Source: Patescibacteria group bacterium (GTDB lineage Bacteria > Patescibacteriota > Microgenomatia > PFEM01 > JBHPGO01). From it: a stretch of DNA of 64,000 bases. The notes beneath the pieces were generated by a model, which saw only the letters and a program-made list of their open reading frames with translations, had not been told where the DNA came from and did no database searches. Below, one piece after another: positions 19,669 through 27,124 of this stretch. The position numbers were made by a program, and so were the translations under genes. Location of the stretch: the NCBI GenBank assembly GCA_042570465.1, contig JBHPGO010000001.1, positions 1,656 through 65,655 of the forward strand, in the 5' to 3' direction. Each line of letters begins with the position of its first letter. Position 1 is the stretch's first letter.

Positions 19669-19848
19669 TATTTCTACAATTTCAAAGGATAAACCAAACA
19701 CTTTAAATTAATCCCACCCCCTGGGCATATCAATTGATTTCCTAGGTCATTTTTCCAATAATGGCAAAATTACTCCATTAGCTACATTTCATTAATAATT
19801 AAAATATTTATGCAATAAGCAAGAATTTGTGATACATTTAAAATAATA

Positions 19849-20298
19849 ATGAAAAGCAAAATCGTAGGGCTACTTTTTATTGCTACCGGTGCCTTAATGC
19901 TGGGTACTTTTATCCTTTCAATGCTAATGTTTTTTGGTGATGGGGAAGACAGGGCATTAATAGGTGGTGTTTTTTCTCTTATTCTTGGAATTTATAGTAT
20001 AGTCCTAGGGTCTGCGATAAGGGGAAGGAAAAAATGGGCTTGGTATGCAGGAATAATTACTTTATCATTGGCACTCGTAGGAAATGTAATAACATTATTT
20101 GTTAACTTTTCTTCCTTTTTGATTTTACCTATTGTGTTGGAAGTTGTTTCAATTTATGCGATGTATGCAGATAAAAGCCAATTCTTAACCGAATCAGAAA
20201 CAACCTCAAGTACTGTGATGCCCGCTACTGAACCACAGACAGAGATTATCAATATCCAACCAAGTCCACCGCAACCAATTAATCAAGATAGTCAATAG
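19849..20298 (+). CDS. Four-TM membrane protein
   Basis: Hydrophobic helices; flanked by inverted REP-C copies. Confidence 0.75.
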   Translation: MKSKIVGLLFIATGALMLGTFILSMLMFFGDGEDRALIGGVFSLILGIYSIVLGSAIRGRKKWAWYAGIITLSLALVGNVITLFVNFSSFLILPIVLEVVSIYAMYADKSQFLTESETTSSTVMPATEPQTEIINIQPSPPQPINQDSQ

Positions 20299-20389
20299 CT
20301 TCAAGATCCCCACAAGTCATCCACTCCTGGTGTAACTTAGGTCTTTCTCTCAAAAAGTCAATCAAATTTAACCAGAAAACTGTAGATTC

Positions 20390-20424
20390 CCAGGGGTGTC
20401 AACCTAAGTCACCCCTGGGGTGGA
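20390..20424. repeat. REP doublet family C
   Basis: ccaggggtgtcaacctaagtcacccctggggtgga. Confidence 0.85.
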
Positions 20425-20451
20425 TTTCGTGGGGTGGATTTCGCATCGCTT

Positions 20452-20583
20452 TTGAGCGGGATGCGGGATTCGGAGGGTCCGAAACTTCTTGTTTAGTTTG
20501 AATCTTCCCAGGGAGATCTCCAATTGTCGTCTTTAGTTTGAAAGTTAGGTGGAGTTTGGGTTCGAATCTATGCATCCCTTTTG
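20452..20583 (-). mobile_element. tRNA-3' module at tRNA-Gly(TCC), period 129 bp
   Basis: Direct repeat ttgagcgggatgcgggattcg, GAGGGTCC 20473-20480, inverted T-arm gggttcgaatctatgcatccc from 20558. Confidence 0.8.
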
Positions 20584-20654
20584 AGCGGGATGCGGGATTC
20601 GAACCCGCGTCTTCACCTTGGAAGGGTGATGTTGAGCCTCTCAACTAATCCCGC
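20584..20654 (-). tRNA. tRNA-Gly(TCC)
   Basis: gcgggat acceptor, tcacc-cttccaa-ggtga anticodon arm, ggttcgaatcc T arm, U73. Confidence 0.93.
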
Positions 20655-20730
20655 TGATTTTTTAGATAGTTTTCCAGTCTTCTTTTTAAATATCCTCTGC
20701 CAAACCCAGTTTTTAATTGTTTTTCTCGTC
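20655..20730 (-). pseudogene. GIY-YIG nuclease C-terminal remnant
   Basis: Minus strand reads REKQLKTGFGRGYLKRRLENYLKN, homologous to REKYLKSAAGRKWLKR of 24418. Confidence 0.75.
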
Positions 20731-20888
20731 TTCACCTTGCCCGACAAAAGGTTCGAGACTTCGACCGCATTTAGTCGGGTCCGCCAAATTGCGTTCTGCA
20801 GTACAGAACCTTTTGGCGTGAGAAGGGTGATGTTGAGCCACCCCGCCGAAAAGCTTCGCATTTTTGCGGGCAGGTCAACTAATCCTGC
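20727..20888 (-). pseudogene. Duplicated 5' two-thirds of tRNA-Gly(TCC) with hairpin inserts in anticodon loop and D-loop
   Basis: cgtcttcaccttg[insert]gaagggtgatgttgagcc[insert]tcaactaatcctgc. Confidence 0.85.
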
Positions 20889-20956
20889 TGATTTTTCAAA
20901 TATTAGAATTTATATTCAAGCCAGATTCGCAGTAATTTAATACTATTTTATCAAAA

Positions 20957-21724
20957 TTGACCTCTTTGATCAATGACTGTATAGTTAGGGAAATGGCTAA
21001 GAAAATCAACGTTATCAAGCACGGTGGCTCTTCTGAACTATACGATCGGCAAAAAGTTTTGCAGTCAATCCTTCGTTCTCAAGTCAACGATCATCAAGCT
21101 CAGGAAATTTTATCCAGAGTTGAAAAAAGGCTTCATGATGGGATCAGCACAAAGAGTCTTTACCAAATCGTTAACCGGGAAATTGTTCGTCAGGATCTTC
21201 CCCACTGCTCTGATCTTTACCGACTCAGAGAAGCAGTGGCGACGATGGATTCAATTGATTTTGAAAAATTTGTCAAAGAAATTTTGACCAAAGAGGGCTT
21301 TGAAGCTCAGTGGAATTTGATATTAAACGGTTTATGCATTGACCATCAGATCGATGTCGTGGCTAAAAATAAGAATGGCCAGGTTTATTACGTGGAGGTT
21401 AAACACCACCGCCATTACCACCGTGATACAGGCTTGGGAACCGTAATTGAGCTTTGGGGTCGCTACAAAGACTTGATGGATGGCTACCATAAAAGTCGTC
21501 AACCTTATGATTTTGCTTCGGCATGGCTGATCACCAACACCAAGTTTTCCCGACACGCAAAGAAGTTTTCGGCATGCAAAAACTTAAGATTAACCGGCTG
21601 GCATTATTTTTTAAAGGAAAAAGGACAGGAAAGTAAGAATGGTTTGGAAAAAGAGTTTGAAAGCTTAGGGGTGGACCAGGTTAGCCTCCTGGTGAAAAAA
21701 GTAATTGAGGGAAGTTTATCGTAA
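20957..21724 (+). CDS. ATP-cone + Mrr-like PD-(D/E)xK restriction endonuclease domain protein
   Basis: VIKHGGSSELYDRQKV cone; FEKFV..., IDVVA...VEVKH; start probably 20993. Confidence 0.85.
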   Translation: MTSLINDCIVREMAKKINVIKHGGSSELYDRQKVLQSILRSQVNDHQAQEILSRVEKRLHDGISTKSLYQIVNREIVRQDLPHCSDLYRLREAVATMDSIDFEKFVKEILTKEGFEAQWNLILNGLCIDHQIDVVAKNKNGQVYYVEVKHHRHYHRDTGLGTVIELWGRYKDLMDGYHKSRQPYDFASAWLITNTKFSRHAKKFSACKNLRLTGWHYFLKEKGQESKNGLEKEFESLGVDQVSLLVKKVIEGSLS

Positions 21725-21759
21725 TTGACTTCTGTGAAAAATTTGATACCATTTGGTTA

Positions 21760-22908
21760 ATGATGAAAAAGGTTATTGGTCTAACTATCTTTCTAATTTT
21801 GTCCTCTCTTTTCTTAGGAACTGCTCAAGCACAGGAAACCCCAAGAGTTGTTTTTGTTAATTCTCGAGAAGAGATCAACCACGATTATTTAAACGCCGGA
21901 GAAAGCGTGACAATTTCTGGTGTTGTTAATGGTGATGTTTATTTGGCGGGGGTCAATGTTATTGTTGATGGCCAGGTCAACGGTGATCTATTAGTGGCGG
22001 CTGGTAATTTAAGCTTGTTGGGTGAGGTTTCTGGTGATGTTCGGGCTGTTGGAAGCCATGTTTTGGTTAATGGCTTAGTTGGAAAAAACATGTCTTTTGC
22101 CGGAGGAACATTGGTCACCACCGAGCAATCAGTCATTACCGGCAGTTTGATGGCGGCTGGCTCTAACCTTGAAATCAATGGTCCAATTGGACTAGACGCT
22201 CAAGTTTATGCCAAGGAACTAACTTTGAATAATCAAATCGGTCGAGATTTAAAAGGGGGTTTTGAAGTTTTAACTCTTACTTCGGGAGCCAGTATTAACG
22301 GAAATTTAGACTACAAAAGCCCTCAAGAAGCAGAAATTGTCGGAGGAGTTGTTGGGGGTTTGACTAATTATGAGAAAGTCGCCACTGGCTCAGTGAAAAA
22401 GAGCCAAGAAAAGAACCGACCTCTTAAAAAACCCAATCTCTTTACCGGACTGCCAAGCCTTATCTTTACTTTTTTTCTCGGCTGGTTTTTTATCCGTCTT
22501 TTTCCTCAGAGAGCCAAGGGAGTGGTTGATGTTTTGGGCTCTCGTCTTTTTTTGTCTTTTGGCTTGGGATTAGTTTTCTTAATCATGCTGGCTCCGTTTT
22601 TTGTTTTCCTGGCGCTGACAATTATCGGCATCCCCTTTATTCCTCTTCTGATTCCGGTCATTGGTTTATTAATTTATTTGGTGAGAGTTTTTCCGGCTCT
22701 TTGGTTGGGCCAAAAAATTCTTTCCCGAAAAGACTTTTCAAAAAATCAAACACTGCCTCTTCTAGTTGGTTTGCTATTATATTTCGCTCTCCGACATGTT
22801 TGGGTCCTGGGTAGCTTGACTCTTTTTGTTTTTGTTTGCCTTGGTTTGGGGGCCTTTATTTTAGACCAAAAGAACCTTCGAAAGGCTAAGAAAAAAGCCA
22901 AAAAGTAG
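21760..22908 (+). CDS. Bactofilin-like beta-helix repeat membrane protein
   Basis: V.G.V.GD repeats followed by multiple TM helices. Confidence 0.8.
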   Translation: MMKKVIGLTIFLILSSLFLGTAQAQETPRVVFVNSREEINHDYLNAGESVTISGVVNGDVYLAGVNVIVDGQVNGDLLVAAGNLSLLGEVSGDVRAVGSHVLVNGLVGKNMSFAGGTLVTTEQSVITGSLMAAGSNLEINGPIGLDAQVYAKELTLNNQIGRDLKGGFEVLTLTSGASINGNLDYKSPQEAEIVGGVVGGLTNYEKVATGSVKKSQEKNRPLKKPNLFTGLPSLIFTFFLGWFFIRLFPQRAKGVVDVLGSRLFLSFGLGLVFLIMLAPFFVFLALTIIGIPFIPLLIPVIGLLIYLVRVFPALWLGQKILSRKDFSKNQTLPLLVGLLLYFALRHVWVLGSLTLFVFVCLGLGAFILDQKNLRKAKKKAKK

Positions 22909-22959
22909 CTCTGTCATTTTCTTCTTGACACTTCGAATAAACAAGATTATATTTAAATT

Positions 22960-23601
22960 ATGCTTCATAAGATTGGGGTTGGTAAATTTCTGCTGGTTTT
23001 GATTGTTCTGGGTCTGTTTTTGAGCTTTTCAAATCTTGCTCAGGCCAATGTGGTTTCTTCTTTAGCTGTTCCTACTCCTAAAGATAAAGTGGCTCCTAAA
23101 GATAAAGTGGCTTCTTCAATGACTGTGCCAGCCACTGGCAGTGGAAAAAACCTAAAGGAAATTCGTGAGAAGGTTGAAGAAAAGCGCGCTTCAATTTCAG
23201 CGAAGTTAACTGCCCGGCGGCAAGAAAGAATCAGGGCTTTTCACCAGAGGATGATGAAGCGGTTTGAGGCGGCCTTAAATCGCTTAGAATTATTAATTGA
23301 GCGAATGAAATCTCGCTTGGAAAAAATTGAATTGGCCGATGAGGAAATTGAGACAACTGAAATCAAGGAAAAGCTCGATGAGCTTGAGTCTGAATTAGTC
23401 GAGATTTCTGAGGCTTTAAGTGAGGCCGAGGCGGCTTTAGAAGGAGTGCTGGTTTCTGATGACCCTAAGGGGGCTTATCAAGAAGTTCGTGACTTAGTCA
23501 AGGAAATTAAGGGCCAGATGGTCGAGGTCCACCGCTCGCTAGTCGAGTTAATTGGAGACATGAAAGGTTTAAGGGTTGGGCAAATTGAAGAAGAAAGTTA
23601 A
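22960..23601 (+). CDS. Secreted coiled-coil protein
   Basis: Signal peptide, long heptad region. Confidence 0.75.
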   Translation: MLHKIGVGKFLLVLIVLGLFLSFSNLAQANVVSSLAVPTPKDKVAPKDKVASSMTVPATGSGKNLKEIREKVEEKRASISAKLTARRQERIRAFHQRMMKRFEAALNRLELLIERMKSRLEKIELADEEIETTEIKEKLDELESELVEISEALSEAEAALEGVLVSDDPKGAYQEVRDLVKEIKGQMVEVHRSLVELIGDMKGLRVGQIEEES

Positions 23602-23603
23602 AG

Positions 23604-24137
23604 ATGAAAAAAACTAAAGCAGCTAAACCGGAAATATTTCTTGAATCAGTTGAGGTTGAGGATAAAGCCGAAGACAAGCTTGATGACCAGGAATCTAAAG
23701 AAATTAAGGTGGAAGACAGGACTGAAGATCTAAAAGTTAAAGAAAGTGAGCTTGAAGATAAAGTTGAGGACATGGAAGTCAGGAAAGACAAAGATGGCAC
23801 TCCTAAAAAATCTTTAAATAAATTGTGGATATTGTGGCTCTTTTTGGCTTTTGTCTTGGCCTTTGCCGTTGGAGGTTTCTCTTGGTTTTTACAGAACAAA
23901 TTTTTTGGAAATCAGTCGACCCCAATTGGAAAAGAGTCTAGTTCTATCTCAGTTGATTATAATTCTGAACTTCCTGTTGGGGAAGAGCCAGTCAGCCACG
24001 CCGTAGAAATGGTTAAGCTGGAAACACAAAGTAGCTCTGACGAGATTGACTCAATCGAAAAAGATCTTCAAGCAACTGACTTTTCAAGTCTTGATAGTGA
24101 GCTGATTGAGATTGAAGCAGAAATTTCTTCTGAATAA
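23604..24137 (+). CDS. Single-TM acidic protein
   Basis: Charged N-terminus, TM, SDEIDSIEKDL C-terminus. Confidence 0.75.
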   Translation: MKKTKAAKPEIFLESVEVEDKAEDKLDDQESKEIKVEDRTEDLKVKESELEDKVEDMEVRKDKDGTPKKSLNKLWILWLFLAFVLAFAVGGFSWFLQNKFFGNQSTPIGKESSSISVDYNSELPVGEEPVSHAVEMVKLETQSSSDEIDSIEKDLQATDFSSLDSELIEIEAEISSE

Positions 24138-24187
24138 TCCTGAATTGTTTATCTTGTTTCCTTTTTTTGCTATAATTTCCTTACTAA

Positions 24188-24337
24188 GGTTATTGTTTTT
24201 ACACTAAAAGATATTTTCCATGGGAAATAGTTTATTCAGAGACATTTAATACACTAAATAAGGCGAGAGGGCGAGAAAGATATTTAAAATCATTTGCTGG
24301 CAGGAAGTGGATGAAGAAATTTGTTTTTAAAAACTAG
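24188..24337 (+). pseudogene. Diverged 5'-truncated GIY-YIG copy
   Basis: GYCFYTKRYFPWEIVYSETFNTLNKARGRERYLKSFAGRKWMKKFVFKN*. Confidence 0.85.
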
Positions 24338-24410
24338 CCGAGGTGGCGAAATTGGCCCGCCTCGACTCGCGGAGATAAATATTCGAGTCGACGCGAGGCG
24401 GGCAGACGCG
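24337..24410 (+). pseudogene. tRNA-Leu(TAA) 5' fragment with 47 nt hairpin in D-loop
   Basis: gccgaggtggcgaaattgg[24356-24402]cagacgcg. Confidence 0.9.
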
Positions 24411-24417
24411 AAACAAA

Positions 24418-24663
24418 ATGTATTTTGTTTATCTGCTTAAAAGCAAGAAACATAATAAAAGCTATGTAGGAATGACTAAAGATTTGGAAATAAGACTTAG
24501 GCGACATAATCAAGGGTATTATAATTACACTAAAAGATACTTGCCATGGGAAATAGTTTATTCAGAAAAAATTGATACATTGGAGAATGCGACCAAGCGT
24601 GAGAAGTATCTTAAATCAGCAGCTGGTCGGAAATGGTTGAAAAGAGTTGTTTTTAAAAACTAG
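24418..24663 (+). CDS. GIY-YIG endonuclease (small, YhbQ/SLX1-like), copy 1
   Basis: YFVYLL...YVGMT...RLRRHN...REKYLKS. Confidence 0.92.
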   Translation: MYFVYLLKSKKHNKSYVGMTKDLEIRLRRHNQGYYNYTKRYLPWEIVYSEKIDTLENATKREKYLKSAAGRKWLKRVVFKN

Positions 24664-24736
24664 CCGAGGTGGCGAAATTGGCCCGCCTCGACTCGCGGAG
24701 ATAAATATTCGAGTCGACGCGAGGCGGGCAGACGCG
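24663..24736 (+). pseudogene. tRNA-Leu(TAA) 5' fragment with hairpin, copy 2
   Basis: Identical to 24337-24410, period 326 bp. Confidence 0.9.
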
Positions 24737-24743
24737 AAACAAA

Positions 24744-24989
24744 ATGTATTTTGTTTATCTGCTTAAAAGCAAGAAACATAATAAAAGCTATGTAGGAATG
24801 ACTAAAGATTTGGAAATAAGACTTAGGCGACATAATCAAGGGTATTATAATTACACTAAAAGATACTTGCCATGGGAAATAGTTTATTCAGAAAAAATTG
24901 ATACATTGGAGAATGCGACCAAGCGTGAGAAGTATCTTAAATCAGCAGCTGGTCGGAAATGGTTGAAAAGAGTTGTTTTTAAAAACTAG
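24744..24989 (+). CDS. GIY-YIG endonuclease, copy 2
   Basis: Identical to copy 1; G of the TAG stop is tRNA G1. Confidence 0.92.
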   Translation: MYFVYLLKSKKHNKSYVGMTKDLEIRLRRHNQGYYNYTKRYLPWEIVYSEKIDTLENATKREKYLKSAAGRKWLKRVVFKN

Positions 24990-25072
24990 CCGAGGTGGCG
25001 AAATTGGCAGACGCGAAGGACTTAAAATCCTTTGGTGGCAACACCGTGTGGGTTCGACTCCCTCCCTCGGCA
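24989..25072 (+). tRNA. tRNA-Leu(TAA)
   Basis: gccgagg acceptor, aagga-cttaaaa-tcctt, long variable arm, ggttcgactcc. Confidence 0.95.
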
Positions 25073-25400
25073 CTTCTGCTAAGCAGAATATCTCATGGGA
25101 GGTAGAGTCGAACCCATTGAGAACCAAGCTACGAATAAGTAAGGTGCTTTGGAAATAAATTTAACAAGGTTGATTGAAATAAAACGGAATGGACACTCCG
25201 ACTCCCTGCCTGCCGGCAGGCAGGCCTCCCTCGGCACTTCTGCTAAGCAGAATATCTCATGGGAGGTAGAGTCGAACCCATTGAGAACCAAGCTACGAAT
25301 AAGTAAGGTGCTTTGGAAATAAATTTAACAAGGTTGATTGAAATAAAACGGAATGGACACTCCGACTCCCTGCCTGCCGGCAGGCAGGCCTCCCTCGGCA
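25073..25400 (+). mobile_element. Two tandem 164 bp tRNA-3' modules
   Basis: Each: small hairpin, ggaggtagagtcgaaccc (inverted T-arm), 75 nt, GGACACTC, cgactcc[ctgcctgccggcaggcaggc]ctccctcggca. Confidence 0.85.
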
Positions 25401-25420
25401 CCCTTCGACTACGCTCAGGG
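25401..25420. repeat. Short hairpin insert cccttcgactacgctcaggg
   Basis: Abuts the last tRNA 3' repeat. Confidence 0.6.
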
Positions 25421-25495
25421 TAAACTTCCTGCAAAGCAGGTTGCCTGCATTGACACCATAGGTGTGCAGAAGGTATACTTTGGATAAATATAAAA

Positions 25496-25696
25496 ATGGA
25501 AATCGTCAAAGTCAAAGATCAAGAGCAACTAACCCCTGACCTGGAAGAGTCTATGCCAGGCATTAGTGGTATTATTGACAGTGCCGGCAGAGGTGATATT
25601 AATTCGATAAGTGCGCTTAGAATTATAATGGGTTTAAGAATGGAAAATCTTGAGACAAGGGAAAGACTGATTAATCATCTTCATGACTCTCTTTAA
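25496..25696 (+). CDS. Small hypothetical protein
   Basis: 66 aa ORF, ttgaca/tatact promoter upstream. Confidence 0.5.
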   Translation: MEIVKVKDQEQLTPDLEESMPGISGIIDSAGRGDINSISALRIIMGLRMENLETRERLINHLHDSL

Positions 25697-25823
25697 TAAT
25701 ATTAATAACCTCTTCACTTACTAGTTTCTCACACCTCCGGTGTGTACTAGCTAGACACCTAAGGTAAATCGTTATTTATTGTTGAACATCTGCCTCTTTT
25801 GAGTTAAAATATAACCAACTAAG

Positions 25824-26027
25824 ATGCCTGAAGGATTACCTATTCTTTCTGATATTTCCAGGACTGAGGAAAAAGGACTAGTCAAAGTTCTACAGGCCAT
25901 GGGTACATATCGCCCAACTGGGCAAGAATATCGAGTTGATGGGCTAGCAGGTTTTAAGAACTTGCTAGCTAGGTCACAAGCAATAGTTATTCACTTGCCT
26001 GAATCAAACCAACTAGATAAAAGATAA
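25824..26027 (+). CDS. Small hypothetical protein
   Basis: 67 aa ORF. Confidence 0.45.
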   Translation: MPEGLPILSDISRTEEKGLVKVLQAMGTYRPTGQEYRVDGLAGFKNLLARSQAIVIHLPESNQLDKR

Positions 26028-26042
26028 ATAATTTTTTTACTT

Positions 26043-26240
26043 ATGAAAGAGCTTGCTAAAAAACATGAGGGTGAGCCTGAAAAGCCGATAGCTTATCCTA
26101 AGGCCGTTGGAATAATCGGAAGAGAGTGCTTGACTTATGTCTTCCCTGGCCAAGAGCCTGAGGGCTACCTAGAAGCTTTAGAGACTCTCAATCGTGAGAG
26201 CCCTTTCAAAATAGTCATTACTCGCCTTGGGTCTATTTAA
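26043..26240 (+). CDS. Small hypothetical protein
   Basis: 65 aa ORF; may be the split continuation of the previous ORF (same frame). Confidence 0.45.
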   Translation: MKELAKKHEGEPEKPIAYPKAVGIIGRECLTYVFPGQEPEGYLEALETLNRESPFKIVITRLGSI

Positions 26241-26261
26241 GAAGTTAGTTAAAAAACCATA

Positions 26262-26334
26262 CGGAGAGTGGCGCAGCTGGTAGCGCGCGCGCTTTGGGAG
26301 CGCGAGGTCCCGGGTTCGAATCCCGGCTCTCCGA
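26262..26334 (+). tRNA. tRNA-Pro(TGG)
   Basis: cggagag acceptor, cgcgc-tttggga-gcgcg, ggttcgaatcc. Confidence 0.95.
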
Positions 26335-26391
26335 CTTGTTCTTTCTTTCAGGCTAAATTGGGGCTTTTCAAGGCACTGAAAGATTGCTACA

Positions 26392-27054
26392 ATGCTTTTT
26401 AGTCAAATGAAAGCTGTCAAAAAAATTAATAAAGATTTGAAGAAAAAAATTCCTGTTAAGTTTAAACTTAATAAATCTGTCAGGAATGTATTGATTGTTT
26501 TTCTTCTGGCTTTAGTCGTTGGTGGCATTTTTTGGCGTTTTAAGCACTATTTAATTGCTGCTTCGGTCAACAATCAGCCAATATACCGACTCTCGATTAT
26601 TAGTGAGCTCGAAAAACAAGCCGGCCAGCAAGCCTTGGAAAGCCTAGTTGCCAAAGAACTGGTTTTTCAGCAAGCCAAAAAATTAAATGTCAGTGTAGCT
26701 GAGGTTGAGCTTAAAGGTGAGATCGCTAAGATTGAAGAGCAGTTCAGTACTCAAGATTCTGACCTTGATAGTCTTTTAGAGGTTCAAGGCAGAAGCAGAG
26801 AAGATCTTCTTGAAGAGATTAAAATCCAACTTTTGATCGAAAAAATATTGGGCAAAGAAGTTGAGGTGACTGATCAGGAAGTGGCCGATTATTATGAAGA
26901 AAATCAAGATCTTTTTCCCGAAGAAAGCACTTTTGAAGAATTAGAGCAAAATCTTCAAGATCAACTCAGGCAGCAAAAACTAGGTGAAAAAGTTCCCGCT
27001 TGGCTGGAGGAAATAAAAGCTCAGGCAAATATTAAATACTTTCTCAAGTACTAA
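26392..27054 (+). CDS. SurA N-terminal domain / PrsA-like chaperone
   Basis: TM, AASVNNQPI, LVFQQAKKLNVSV, WLEEIKAQANI; no PPIase domain. Confidence 0.85.
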   Translation: MLFSQMKAVKKINKDLKKKIPVKFKLNKSVRNVLIVFLLALVVGGIFWRFKHYLIAASVNNQPIYRLSIISELEKQAGQQALESLVAKELVFQQAKKLNVSVAEVELKGEIAKIEEQFSTQDSDLDSLLEVQGRSREDLLEEIKIQLLIEKILGKEVEVTDQEVADYYEENQDLFPEESTFEELEQNLQDQLRQQKLGEKVPAWLEEIKAQANIKYFLKY

Positions 27055-27124
27055 GTTAACTTCTTTTTAAAACGATTCATTCCTTAAACAGTTGTTTTGC
27101 TTTTTTGTGTAGTTGGTCAATTTC

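Noticed and set aside
20727-20888. Intron-containing or split functional tRNAs
   Set aside because: Interrupted copies are incomplete, intact copies lie next to them, inserts lack group I or bulge-helix-bulge features, and the same kind of insert occurs in non-tRNA repeats
24337-25400. CRISPR array
   Set aside because: Units are 164-326 bp and fully identical, with no unique spacers and no cas genes in the window
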